Source of the DNA: Octopus sinensis
Taxonomy: Eukaryota
NCBI RefSeq assembly: GCF_006345805.1
Contig: NC_042997.1
Location: 149,668,001 to 149,732,000 of the forward strand
Length of the DNA: 64,000 bases
Reading direction: 5' to 3'
This document shows positions 26,416 to 40,015 of this stretch, one piece after another (position 1 is the first letter of the stretch; every line of letters starts with the position of its first letter). Both the position numbers and the translations under genes were made by a program. Under the pieces are notes generated by a model that did no database searches, was not told the DNA's origin, and saw only the letters and a program-made list of their open reading frames with translations.

Positions 26416-27747
26416 GAATAAGTGGGAGTTTTGGAAAGCAGGATCTTTGAAAGTATTATAGTTATATTTTTACCCCGCTAATTTTAGAAGCCTTCTTAAT
26501 GATCTCTTTTGGACTCTATTCAAGTTTTCTAATACTCCGAAGTTTCTTATTGAACAAATATCTAGGAAACGCACACGTTCCTGTTTACACACACACACGT
26601 ATACGTTTGCATTCACGCTCATACATGTCATCCTACAACTACACGCTTGCACACGTACATAAACGCAGACAGACACTCATAGATACAGAGTGGCAGATAA
26701 CTGAAATCAATGCTGAATGTAGCTTAATCATTCTAGTGAAGGTTATACAATTTTTGACACATGATCCTAACAATCTTCTGATGCAGATTACGGAGAAAAT
26801 AAATGCAGTTTATCAATATTTTCTTTTTTTTTATTAATAGATGCGATTGCTGTATATTTGGATCGTTTCAATTCCTCTAGGATGTTATATTGAAACAGAG
26901 TATTGCAAATCACATTCCGCATTGCTCGTGAATGGAATCTCTCTATCTCTGTGTTTATATCTGCCTGTCTCTTTCTCTCTCCTTCTCTCTATCTCTTTAT
27001 ATATATATATATATATATACTAAGCAATAAGGGTTCAGCAACGAATTGCCTTACCACATACCGAATTTAGAAATAGCAGTCAAAGGGTTATAGCTATTTC
27101 TTCTACTAAAAAGGGAGATCTCAGTAAAAACAGCAATTGGAAGGCTTATATATATATATATACTCACATATGTGTGTGTTTGTTTATGTATGTAAAAGTA
27201 GTATACGATATTATATGAATCGGATTCCCTTCAACTTTAAATTCTCAATGTTTTAGACTATAAATAAAGAGCATTTGGCATTGTGTAACCAAACAAATAT
27301 TCTGTAGAAATAATTGCTTTTCTGGTTTCATAGAACAGACAGATTAATGATACAGTAATCATTAATTTTACAAACTTATAAAGTCTTGAAGAGCAAGTTG
27401 TTCGAACAGGTTTGAATTACATTCATGATAAGCTACATCATTTGTTTGGTTAATGATGTTAGAAATGTATTTAAGATTGCAATTTCTAATACTCTTAATG
27501 ATATGGAACGCTGCATCATTCATTAGAGCAAATCTGAATCAAAGTGCACGCGGCTACTGATGACGTATCAAATCCTTCTAGGTCATGGTTTCGAGACATC
27601 AGTTAATTTGAATACCAGCAAGATTAGTTTGATCAAAACTGTTTATGCCATTGAGATGTAAATGACTGTGTACAGCGAATGAAGAGTAAGAAGCCTAAAG
27701 GTGAGCAGTGTGCCTTCTGTGATCATTATAGTAGTATGACTAAAGTA

Positions 27748-28162
27748 AAGGCAGCGAGCTGGCAGAAACGTTAGCACGCCGGGCGAAATACTTACCGATA
27801 TTTCGTCTGCTGCTACGTTCTGAGTTCAATTTCCGCCGAGGTCGACTTTGCCTTTCATCCTTTCGGGGTCGATTAAATAGGTACCAGTTACGCACTGGGG
27901 TCGATATAATCAACTTAATCCGTTTGTCTGTCCTTGTTTGTCATCTCTGTGTTTAGCCCTTTGTGGGTAGTAAAGAAATAGGAAATTCGTCTGTTTTACG
28001 GTCTGAGTTCTAATTCCGCCGAGGTCGACTTTGCCTTTCATCCTTTCGGGGTCGATAAATTAAGTATCAGTTACGCAGTGGGGCCGATGTAATCTACTTA
28101 ATCCCTTTGTCTGTCCTTGTTTGTCTCCTCTATGTTTAGCCCGTTGTGGGTAATAAAGAAAT
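27748..28162 (+). mobile_element. SINE family M dimer head-core-tail B-core-tail B with 17-bp TSD
   Basis: tatagtagtatgactaa at 27727-27743 and 28166-28182. Confidence 0.9.
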
Positions 28163-28239
28163 CAGTATAGTAGTATGACTAATGTTTCTCCAAATACATT
28201 CAATTTAACCTGACAGTCTGTATCAAAACTCGATTGTTG

Positions 28240-28730
28240 TTGATGTTTCTGCTGTTGTTTCTTCTTCTGTTGTTGCTGTTGTTGCTGCTGTTGTTACTGC
28301 TGCTGCATTCTTCTTCTTCTTCTTCTTCTTCTTCTTCTTCTTCTTCTTCTTCTTCTTCTTCTTCCAATCAGGACTCACGCCATCAGCCACAAAGAATAGT
28401 CTCTAATTCGAGCCTACTCTAAGCTACTAAGTATGCGTGCGGCGACTTGAAGATCCACCCAGCACACGCGATAGACTGGCGGTTGCACGGGCGCGAAAGC
28501 TACGTTGTTATCCTCATTCCGTAAACGGTGGCTTTTAACGGGTGGAGAGCTGAAACATCATGAGGTACAGAGGATTCGCAATCTAGACTAGGGCCTGAAA
28601 GTTTATCACACATAGAGGGTTACACCATGGTTCCTCTGCTTTATGGCAGAAGTTGGAAGAAAGAGTGAGAGAAAGTTGTGGTGAAAGAGTACAGCAGGGT
28701 TCACCCCACCCCCCACCCGCCGAAGCCTCG
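28240..28730 (-). mobile_element. 5'-truncated family R-related SINE with a different 3' region and (GAA)n tail, running into microsatellite
   Basis: Reverse complement shares gtgaaccctgctgtactctttcaccacaactttctctcactct with family R, then diverges and ends gaagaagaag. Confidence 0.6.
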
Positions 28731-29579
28731 TGCTACTGCTGTTGTTTTTATTTACATTGTCTTTGTCATTTTGATACAGTTAAACAAAAGTCGTTCCTGC
28801 TAAAATGTATTCCGCCCATTTTTATATCGGAGATCTAGATTATCTATGTATTTATTTTTTTGTGTGTTGTTGAAGTGATAAAGTTTCAGGAAGATTTGCT
28901 TTCAAAATTTGTAAAAAGTTTAGTAACCACATAATCGATGAACTCGAGTCCATCACACAGTTGATGTGTATGCATCGGGTTATATGAAGGCTAAGGCTGT
29001 GATAACATCGTGATTAAATAACTTTGCAATGCTGAGTTCATTCTGTGTTGTATGATCAACTAATGGTCAACATATTTCAGGATTTCAAGAGCGCAGAATT
29101 TGATCCCTGAATATTTTTTTATGGATTTGCATTACCGTAGTATATAGAATATACATGAACCCTGCAGCTGTTCAATAATCAACAAAGTCAACATAGAAGA
29201 ACGCTGAATCCGTTTAGTGTATAATATAACGAAGAGCGTAACTTTGCCTCTCGCAGACACTGAAGAAAGACGAAAAAGTGGCGTGATGTTATTGTAACTC
29301 AAAGGAAAACGGCGCTACTTTCAAGTTTCCTGCCACTCAGACATAGCATGAGGCACATATTTCAGATGTTGTAAAAATCAGGGGTAAAAAATATTTGAAT
29401 CTCTGGTTATAGTTATTAAGGAACGTCACCATTTTCGTCAATTTCCGGAGTTACATATACGTCGATATTTTATTTTAAACGTGGTATTTCTCATGTATCC
29501 TTTGGGACACAGAAACACATATCTGCACATTCACAATATTTACAGATAATCATTCATTTATACATACACACACACACAC

Positions 29580-29659
<80 letters not shown>

Positions 29660-30159
29660 CTATACTTAAATAAATACAAAGACACACACACACACGCACA
29701 CACATATATATAACTGAATAGCATACATATATCTGAATGCACACAAATATATACACAAAAGCACTAGTAGTAAATAGCGTCACACAAATTGTAACTACAT
29801 GCATACATATATGCGTAGATATTATATACATAGACATATAGTTTTACTTATAAATGTACATAAGTATGCAAAATGGTACACACACACATACAGACATATG
29901 TATATTTATATATAAATGTATATTAGTACATACATGCATGCTTACATATGCACATATTTTTAATCGCCTGTGGTGCCTCTTTTAGAAGATATAATTGAGA
30001 ATTATAAGAAACTAGATGTGTTGAGAACAAAGTTCCTGCAAAAACTATATTAGTATTACATATTGGATAAAATAGAAATGGAATTCTTTGATGTCATTTC
30101 ATCTTCTGATGTGATTTATTGAATTTCACTGTTCGCAGAAGACATTTATTTATTTGTTG

Positions 30160-30193
30160 TTGCCGATTATTGTTGTTGTTATTGTTGTTGTTG

Positions 30194-30251
<58 letters not shown>

Positions 30252-30254
30252 CTT

Positions 30255-30301
<47 letters not shown>
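30160..30301. repeat. (TTG)n(TTA)n(ATC)n microsatellite
   Basis: Directly visible. Confidence 0.95.
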
Positions 30302-30302
<1 letters not shown>

Positions 30303-30900
30303 TGAAATTTTGCCAGGCACCCTCTAACTTGTAAACTGCTGAGCCATGCTTTCGGGGAAAGTTACCCCCACTCGCCTTGTATTGATGCTTATCAGAAGAC
30401 ATCAGTGGTTATGGTCTATGTGCGATTCTAGATACCGAGACGTACAGTCATTTCTTCCCAAAATCTTCCATACGAGATATTATTGACAATTTCCAAAATT
30501 CATTAGTCTGCATATGCGATACTGAAACGTTGCTAGTTCGAAATATATTCTAGCAGCCTGCTCATATTGTAATTGCTACTAACCGCACCTGCAAGAGCTA
30601 CGTGCAGGAAGATGAATCCTTCGAGTACGTACTCCTTCAGTGCCTTTACATTGCTAATTCTTTAATTGAAGTTGCACACATGATCAGGGTGATGCGATTT
30701 TCAGCCAAATCTATTGTGGATTCCCAACAGCCGCCTTCCCTTGGCACGAACTGAGAACAGTTGCATTTGATGTATTATGATAAAGCGGGTTGAGTGCAGG
30801 GCGCCCCAAATCACCTTGTATGGCTGTCTTCTTGTCTTTCTGGGACCTTTCTACGTTATTTTTCGATAGATATATTTTCTTTATAAAAGTTTCTCTCATC
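30302..30900 (+). mobile_element. Tx1/L1-type ORF2 C-terminal fragment (decayed zinc finger)
   Basis: Translation NRTCKSYVQEDESFEYVLLQC...RFSAKSIVDSQQPPSL resembles CxxC...ExxxH....C of L1/Tx1 ORF2. Confidence 0.55.
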
Positions 30901-31792
30901 GATTTTTAACGCATTATTCAATATAAATCTTCCTTTGTTTCATATTAGTTGTTTTCACTTCTATTTCACTTTAGTCTTCAGGTGCAAACTCTTCGTTACC
31001 AGTCAGGTTATATTATGGCTAGCGCAAGCCCCACTTTTGTAATGTATATAGGACTAGTATTGTACACAAACGATGATCTCTTCGAGGTTATTCTTGGTGT
31101 CGAGGAAGAGGAAGTCACTGTTCTTGAAGACACTGGAGTTAGAGACCACTATGCATAATCGCAAATACTACTTAGCTTAGCAATGCTACTAGGGTTTACT
31201 ACCAGTTTAAAGGAATGTAAAATTGAAAGTGAATGAATATGGCAAAAGAAATACGACATGAATGGAACAAACAGTTTTAAAACTTTTCGACGAAGCAGGT
31301 GCTGAATGTTGTTTAGTTAACTTTACTTTTTATCTTTTCGATAACATGAAATACCAATAAGTACGCTGGTCGATACAATCGAGATATTCCTCTCAAAACT
31401 ACTGACCTTAGGTGGAAATTACAGTTACAATTATTATCATTATTATTATAACAATATGGATATGAGCTGGAAGAATCGTTAGCAAGCCTGCAAAATCCTT
31501 AACGTACGTGTACGTGTGTGTTTTTGTGCGTGTGTGTGCGTCCAGTTTGTGCGCGCGTTCTTGTGTGTGTATGTGTGTGTAGTGTTTGTATGCATATGTA
31601 CGCACATGGAAAAACACACACACAAACGAACACAAATACAATCACACACACTCGCATATATATTATCGTTTAGTAGACTGATATCTTGATTAGAAATCAC
31701 CCCTTTTCTCGTACTTGGTTCACTTCATTTTCGGCTGGTTGCGGGCAAATGTTTCTACACTTAAAAGGATTTTATCCTTTATATATACTGTT

Positions 31793-32371
31793 CTGTATTT
31801 ACGTGTTGAAAAAAATTACCTCTATACTTGTTCTACCATATATTTCAACGCTTCAAAACCAAACTTGTTTGTTTACATATGATGTAATGTATATATATAT
31901 ATATATATATATATATCCTCTGTAGTAGCTTGTAACAGTAACACTGTTTCTATACAAGACCCAAATATTCTGAGTTACCGTGTTCTGAGTTGCTGTATTT
32001 ACGTGTTGAAAACAATTATCTCTATACTTGTTCTACCATATATTTCAACGCTTCAAAACCAAACTTGTTTGTTTACATATGATGTAATGTATATATATAT
32101 ATATATATATATCCTCTGTAGTAGCTTGTAACAGTAACACTGTTTCTATACAAGACCCAAATATTCTGAGTTACCGTGTTCTGAGTTGCTGTATTTACGT
32201 GTTGAAAACAATTATCTCTATACTTGTTCTACCATATATTTCAACGCTTCAAAACCAAACTTGTTTGTTCACACATGATGTAATGTATATATATATATAT
32301 ATATCCTCTGTAGTAGCTTGTAACAGTAACCTGTTTCTATACAAGGCCCAAATATTCTGAGTTACCGTGTT
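31793..32371. repeat. Tandem triplication of a ~196-200 bp unit containing a variable (TA)n
   Basis: Units begin ctgtatttacgtg at 31793, 31993 and 32189; near-identical apart from (TA)n length and a few substitutions. Confidence 0.95.
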
Positions 32372-33985
32372 TCCGTTTTGTTTGTAGTAGGGATGCATGT
32401 TTTCTTTCACAATGAAAAGCATCTCATTTTCGATATGGAATGCTACGTTTCCGATCCTGTTATTTTGTTTTTGATGGGTTCATTGTTTGAGGTAACTGAA
32501 TAGGATGTTTGTACTATGTGTGTGTGTGTTTTGGGTTGTTCTTTTTTATGGGTTTTTACTATTTTATGAGGTTTTTACTATTCATTTTTGTCTTTTTTTG
32601 ACCATTGTCATTCCGTCGTCGCTCTTCTGGAATAAGGTTGGTGATAGTTCCTTTGGGATATCTCTCTTGGGTTTCTTTGGCATGTTTGATGTAGGCTGCT
32701 TAATTGTGGTTTTGGTAGACTTATTCTTTTCTTCCGGAGTGTCAGTTTGTGATGGGTTAATAGGTTGTTTCATTGTGGCGTTGGTCGACTTTTATTTTGA
32801 GTTTTTAGTCTGTGGTTGGTTGATGGATTGTTCCACTATGTTACTGACATTTGTGGGTCGATAGGTTCTTTCGTCACAGTGTTGATTGGCTCGCCCTTGC
32901 TTTCTTTCGGATCCTCAGTCTATGGTGTGTTGCTAGGTGGAGGGAGTGCTTCAGGTTGTAGGACCTGTAAGCATGTATTTTTTATGTGACTCGTTTGCCC
33001 ACAATTAAAGCACCTCTGATTTCATTCCTCCACCGTAACTCTTAGAGTGGTCTTCTTCAGAAGTATTATTTGTTCTACATTTCAAAATTACCTGGATTAT
33101 TAGCTCCAGAGCTCGGTTCCACCAGTTGTGCTGGTATAAGCTGGTCGCCTGAAGGATATTGGCTCTATCCTCCAGGTTCAGCAGCACGGCTGCCACCAAC
33201 CGCGCCGCATCGATTTTTAGTGGGACCTTCCCTATCCTTTATTTCGATGTTCGCATTCCAAGGTAAGTCGGCAGTAACACCAGATCTGCCGACTTTAAGG
33301 AAGACGTAGAGTGTCCCTTTGCCTCTCAATTCTACTGTACTGAAGAGCCTTCCTCTATTTGCGTATTTTATGCCGCGGCAAATTGGTAGTAGGCACTTTT
33401 CGATGGCATCTTTAAATGCCATTTCTATCATTTTTGTTGTTATATAAACTACTGTTTTGCATTTTGTGTTGTATGTCACTTTTTCTGGGTGAGTCAGCTT
33501 CATGTTCGCTTCTTCCCTCTGCAATAAGTTTGTATATTTTTCAAGCTCGCCCGGCCCGACTTGCACTTTTTCGATAGTGACACCGGCCACAGACGCGTTG
33601 TTCCTTTTCCCTTTACCATACTGTGTTTCAATTCGGAGGTCGGTTTCATCATTCTTTGATGTTTTTGTCTTCTTTCGTTTGGCGAAATGGGAGGTGGGGT
33701 AACTTTTGTTCACACAATTCCTTGAAGAAGTAGTCCGGAATTACATATTAGGAGACGTCAACTTTCGTATTGTACTGAATGTGTAACAACATTTTCCACA
33801 GGGGTACTTCGCACAGAAAAAAGTACCTGCTAAAGCATAAAATGTGTCCAAAAGACACAGAAAACAGCAAAAGTTGTATAACTGTTGAAAACAATGGTAA
33901 TCCCAAAAGGAAAAAAAAAATACAATTAAACGAGACCAGCAGAAAACACGTTTGTTCAGTAAAAGGCACTCCAGCTATTATGTTT
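32372..33985 (-). pseudogene. ORF1-only Tx1-related element no. 1 (gag-like ORF1 with intact CCHC knuckle)
   Basis: ORF 33165-33713 KLTHPEK...VVY...EKCL...RGRLFSTVELR; further frames give VAAVLLNLED and CFNCGQTSHIKNTC (32971-33015). No EN/RT follows; ends approximate. Confidence 0.75.
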
Positions 33986-36900
33986 TATTTATACATCTAC
34001 CTCTGCTTTCTAGTTCTTCTCACATGTTGGCTATGTATAAGGGTGTGTGATCTTGATAAAGTAATCTCATGACATTTGGTCATTTCATTTTGTTTTAATA
34101 TTTTTGTCTCCATTTTATTTTGTTGTCTCTCCAGTTTTGTTGCTGTATTTTACCTCTTATATTAACTACTCTGCATGCAGAAAATATATTTTGCTCATGT
34201 GTTGTGGGGACATTTATTACTTTCTCTTTGTCCTTCACTAGATACATTTTTTGTTGTAATGTGTATATATAATAACTTACCTTTTGCGGAAGACTACTAC
34301 TTTCCTGAATACACTATATTTCTCTCTTAGATTTTGAATCTTGCTTCTATATGCACTAAATTTTGCCTTGTTAGTCTGCTTAGATTTGCTAATTCCTTTA
34401 TCTGCCGAACTGTGTATATCATAAGAATACTCTATTATTTGAACAACAAAAATATTAACTATTATCTTATAGTTACAATTTAACGCAGTTTTAAGTATTA
34501 TAAGTAGCATTTAATACAGTTTAAAGTAGTGGCATATAATAATAATTCCTGATCTTTCCTTTCATTGCTACGTATTGTCAGCTAACTGAATTCTAAATAT
34601 TTATATGACTTGCTTGTATAATTTCCTTACTTATCTTTAGTGGCTTAACATGACATTAACATTTTATTAATTTTCTCTTTTCATTATTCACATTGATGCA
34701 TTTTTATAAATCAAATTTCCTGTCAGTTCCTCTACTTAACCTGTCTAATATCTGTAATACAGCTTTAAGTTGATTTCCTCAGTAACATACAACTTGCGAT
34801 GCCACTTATATATAAACTATTCTTTCAAAGAATCTAAACTTGTATAGAATCTGATGGACAAAGGTGCAAAGCCACACAGGAAACGAGTAAAGAGAAACTT
34901 CCTCGATATTTTCCTCTTCTAATTCGTGTAGGATTCATATAATATTCCAATATTCCACCATTTTGTTTGTATCCACAGACATTTTATGCAAGATTACTGA
35001 ATGTGTCTGATTGATATTGCTGCTGCTTTAAATATTGCGACTATCTCTAAGACCCATTTGCGAGGAACGATGTAAAATATCCTGGTAATCAAACTTAGCC
35101 ATTCTCTTTCATACTTTCCCTGAAGATTTCGTTTACAGTATGGCTCTATTTATCACCATTAATTGATATTTACTTTTATACGTGCCTTTATAGAATCCTG
35201 TTCATTGGAAGTGAGTTAAGTGAGTTATCTTTTCCAAGTTGAACATTTAGTCTTTGTGTTATTGCTGAAACCTTTTTGCATACATTACACAGAAATGTGA
35301 TGTATTTCACGACATTTTCATTTTTAATTGTTCAGGCTTACTTCTTTAAACAACGAGATCACCAGATGATGTTTTAGATGATTATATTTTCTATGAAGAA
35401 ATTCATAACGAACTTGTAAAACATTTCACCCCAATCAGATTTTAATCTTCTCATCTGTTCATATTTTCTAGCGGCTTACTTTGTTGTGTTTTGGTACATT
35501 CCACGATTATTACGGCATATTTGTTGGCGTTACGGACATCCTTTTTCTTGGTTATGATTCTCTGTTCATAAACTTGCCTTAAAATTCTCCTACTTTTATT
35601 ATTGGTACTGCATTGATTTTAATTTATTTTTCACTAGTTCATTGAGAGCATCGTTTGAGTTAGATTTCAACTATTAATTTCGTTCAAAGAATCGTTATCG
35701 ATTTTCATAACGGTGGATTCTTTCCAATTTAGCTAGGATCTCTCGTTTAGATATTTGATTTCGGGTATATTTTATTTTCTTATTCTGCATTTTCCTTGTT
35801 TTTGTTTTTGTTTCTTTACCATACAGGACATTTTGTTGTTCATTTCTGTAATTTTCGTTGATGATTTACTGCTATAAGATGGACCTGACCGCTCAGTACG
35901 TTATCATTTTTTGAGTTTCCTTTAAATTATTTTTGATTGTTATCCTCGTATCTTCCTTTATTTGTTTTCATTGTATAGTTGAAAGAACTGAATAGAATCG
36001 AGAAGAGGTAGGCAGGTTTGTGTGAGGGTTCCTGTAATAAGGGAAACCATTGATTTAAAGAGCTTAAAATTTTTCAGGAATCGATTAAGAAAAAATTTTT
36101 AAAGTAGTCTGTTCGGAGTGAAAGATATAACAGTGCTTCATTGCTTTCGTAGTGAAAATAGAAATGGTGAGACTGGAAGCTAAAGAACATGAAATCACAA
36201 GCTTTACCACTAAGAAATACCTTCAGTAAGAGCTGCTTAGTTAATGTGACAAGAACATTTCATTACAACTACCAACTGCGGCAGAAAAGGCTTTACACTG
36301 TCATTCAATATGCTAGAAATATCAGCCAAATGCCCCCTGCCAATTTACCCCTACATTTGTAAGTAAGAGAATGACAAGGTAGGTGATATAGTCCTACACA
36401 TCCATTTACTGATGAAATGTCATTGAGAGAAAATCCTTAATGAAGATCTGCTTAAATCAAAATTGACCTGGGCAAAAAGAACAAAAATAGTTGCAATACC
36501 AACGGCTAACAGAGCGAGCTATATCAAGAGCAAGGTGATATATTGCGGAGAAATTAGCAAACAAGCAGAGAGTTTGATAAAGCAAGTACAGAAATTTTTC
36601 ATGAAGCGATAACCCATGTAATACAATTTGGAGCATATGTGCCATGGACGGTCTCATTGTTGTAATAAAACGCATTAGCTTTCACTGTTGCAATTAATTC
36701 AGCACAGTTCTAACACTCACAAGTCGTATTTACGATCAAGGGAATTAAAGGCATGATCGATACATCGCGTTTATATTTATATAACTATAGAAAATATAGC
36801 AATACCACAGATCTATGAGACTTTTCAGCTTACCAATTAACGTTTCCTCTATTGATATTTGTTGCGCTTACCATTTCCACATTTCGCCATATAACATATG

Positions 36901-37002
36901 GTATATTTCATTAGTGTATCTTGGAATACATAAGCATGTATTATTCTTCTTCATTAATATATATCTCTATACGGGAAGTCCATTTGGCTGACTCGTCAGA
37001 TG

Positions 37003-37417
37003 GTATCTTTTCGGTTTGAACGGCAGTTTTTTCTTGCGGTGTCATGTGAAATTGTCACCCATAATTATGACCCTAGAATCGATCTATTGCATTTCAATCT
37101 CATTTAGGGTTAGGGTTATGGGTGGGGGAAGGGTATCTTTTTTCTTCGCAAATGTAAATAAACCCGATCTGTTTCTTAAACGAGGGACATATTCATACGG
37201 CACAGAATGCTTTTTAACTCAATAGACGTCACTGATTGGTTGAAATTGCAGAAATTGAAGAATAAATACAACAAATATCTTACAAACTATAGAATTTTCT
37301 CAATAAAACCACGAGAAAAAGATATTTTATAAACACATTCTACCAGTATACGAAGTTTAACATTTTTTAGTTACCTAGAAATTATGTTAAAAACTGCCGT
37401 TCAAGCTGAAAAGATCC
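37003..37417. mobile_element. Second copy of the GGATCTTTTC MITE, 8-bp TSD, internal TTAGGG motifs
   Basis: TIRs gtatcttttcggtttgaacggcagttt and aaactgccgttcaagctgaaaagatcc; TSD gtcagatg at 36995-37002 and 37418-37425; interior homologous to 21333-21838. Confidence 0.85.
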
Positions 37418-38696
37418 GTCAGATGTAATGTATTGCTATATTCGTTCCGGATCCGTACTTGAATTCAAAATCCATTTACGACTAACTTCGCATTTCGCCC
37501 TTTCGGTTTTGATAACTTAATGTTCTAGAGAAGTACTGAAGACGAATCAGTCGATTAACATGCGCTGCCAAATTTTCTTTCTTCAACCTATGTTAGACAT
37601 AATTACCATATACCGATTTTCTTTCTCAAAACAATACGATTATCTTTGAGAACAGTTTTGTAAGTTTCTTGCAACCACTATGTCTTTTTCGTAGACGTGT
37701 GTTGTTGTACCGAAAGAGAGAAGAGCTAGAAGATTTGTGATTGCGCGATCAGTGGTAGTTGCATTTTAATGGTGTTTTTGTTGTGATGATTGCATTTCAG
37801 TTGATATTATTAATGTGGTGGTTTTCGTATTGCTCATTACTGAACAATGATGATGGAAATGGAGTTAGTTATATTTGCAAAGTTGCAGCTCTTGACATCT
37901 TTGAAGTTGATGAGCACGTGGGCAATAGTTGGACAGGAATTGTGGTAATAATGTTGATGATAATGACGATGACGATGAGGATGATGATGATTATGGTGGT
38001 GGTGGGGATGATGATGATGATGATATGCATTATCTTAGAAAAAATAACAACATCACAAAGGATTCTGACACTTTCTTACTTGCCACTTAACGTTTCTTCT
38101 GTTGAGATCTGTTGTGTTTCACAATTACATATTACGCCACATGACAGCTCATTTCAACCACATTTGGCTGATATATACACATACAAACACATCCGTACAC
38201 ACACACAGACACAAACACATTAACACACACGCACGCACTCACGCACGCGTGTGACTCTGTGTAGTATGTATTATGTATATATTTCTTCAGTTGACAACAT
38301 GTCATTGTGGCTGTTACTTCTGTAATTGATTTTGCCGCTACTTTAGTTCTTGTTGTTGTACTCGTGATTTGAGGGATTCCAAGAGAAGAAAGATGGCTGG
38401 AATTTTAAATATATTTCTTGTTTCTTACCTGATGTCAATTTACAGTCATTCTTAAATTTCTTTTTACATTTGCATTGTGTTATACATGTTTATTCTTCTT
38501 AAGGCGTACTTATCTATAATTGTTATTTTGTTACATTATTTTAAGGTATATTATATTTATGTTTCATTTGTTTATTGCCTATCGTCTTTGGAATTAACGA
38601 ATATTTCACTAAATATATAAATTTGACGAGTTTGGATTTCCTCATCGTAGGTGTATATGCATGTCTTTATGTGTATGTGGATACACACACACACAC

Positions 38697-38758
<62 letters not shown>

Positions 38759-38761
<3 letters not shown>

Positions 38762-39170
38762 CGTAGGAGTGGCTGTCTGGTAAGTAGCTTGCCTAAGAAC
38801 CACATGGCTCCGGGTTCAGTCCCACAGCGTAGCACCTTGGGCAAGTGTCTTCTACTATAGCTTCGGACCGACCAAAGCCTTGTGAGGGGATATGGTAAAC
38901 GGAAACTGAAAGAAGCCCGTCGTATATATGTATATATATATGTATGTGTGTGTATATCTTTGTGTTTCTGTGTTTGTCCCCCCCCAACATCGCTTGACAA
39001 CCGATGCTGGTGTGTTTACGTCCCCGTAATTTAGCGGTTCGGCAAAAGAGATCGATAGAATAAGTACTAGGCTTACAAAGAATAAGTCTTGAGCTCGATT
39101 GCTCGACTAAAGGCGGTGCTCCCTCATAGCCACAGTCAAATGACTGAAACAAGTAAAAGAGTAAAAGAGT
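38759..39170 (+). mobile_element. Full-length SINE family C
   Basis: tRNA-like head ggcgtaggagtggctgtctggtaag, B-box-like gggttcagtccc, block caccttgggcaagtg, internal (TA/TG) tract, tail aaaagagtaaaagagt. Confidence 0.88.
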
Positions 39171-39224
39171 ATACCTACACACACACACACGCCCCCCCCC
39201 CATATATATATATATATATTTATA

Positions 39225-39640
39225 TATGCCCAAACCTTCTAGAAGGATCAGAATTCCTTTTCAAAGAGGGACAAAAATTCAGAATCAAATCTGACTTTAC
39301 TTGTGCCTCAGATAACCTGATTTATAAGATGCTCCGGTTGCCACCAAAACTACATAGGGTCCAGGGGATTATCGCTCAGACGCAGATGCACTCTGCACCA
39401 GCAGCAGATTACATTCCCAGAATACAGAATGATACCCTTTAGTGATCACATTGAGAAATGCGCAAAGCAACTGCTACCACAATTTCTAATCTTTCCATTT
39501 TATCAATGTGTTTTTAGAGCACTAACACAAGTTAGATTAAATAAAGAAACCTACTTCATGCAAAAATATAACTCAAAGCTTAACCAAGGAAAATTATCTT
39601 ATTCGAAAATATAAACCAAAACTTAACCACATCTATCATT
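39225..39640 (+). mobile_element. Penelope-like element GIY-YIG endonuclease fragment
   Basis: FTCASDNLIY..RCSGCHQNYIG..GLSLRRRCTLH...FLIFPFYQ...RLNKETYFMQKYNSKLN across frameshifts. Confidence 0.8.
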
Positions 39641-40015
39641 TTATTCTTCCTAAAAAAATCATGTTAAATTAATAAAAATCTAGTCATTACCAACCTTTTT
39701 CATCATTTCCCTTATACCGAAAAAATTCCTGATTACCTTCCCTATCTGCAACTCTCATACTTCACATTATAGCGAAGAGATGACAAAATATCGGTAAAGA
39801 AATTTGAGAAATTTCAAAAGAAAATAAGAAACAATCGATTTGTAATGAGCACCAAGAATTATATCAGGTAAGCAATCCCACTGACTTTTATTCGACTGAT
39901 ATACCTTGGGTTCGCTTCTCTAGAGTGTGAATATCTAACCGACTGCTTATCTAATATAGCAAAAATGAATATGGTTATTTGATTATCTGCATGTTCTATT
40001 ATTATTATTATTATT

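Noticed and set aside
27550-27605. ctgatga...gaga hammerhead-like words
   Set aside because: No helix II pairing and no GAAA box.
30949-31158. 69-aa ORF after a ttagtcttcag acceptor, a possible terminal exon
   Set aside because: No recognisable homology, no partner exons, and the opposite strand is similarly open; unsupported without RNA data.
31793-32371. Regularly spaced repeats suggestive of a CRISPR-like array
   Set aside because: Whole units are duplicated with no unique spacers, in a eukaryotic context.
34560-35950. AT-rich stretch with several acceptor-like sites and faint coding texture
   Set aside because: All candidate exons contain stops and no domain motif could be recognised on either strand.
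36410-36615. 66-codon stop-free frame (NVIEKILNEDLLKSKLTWAKRTK...)
   Set aside because: No start codon, splice sites or recognisable motif; the length is compatible with chance.
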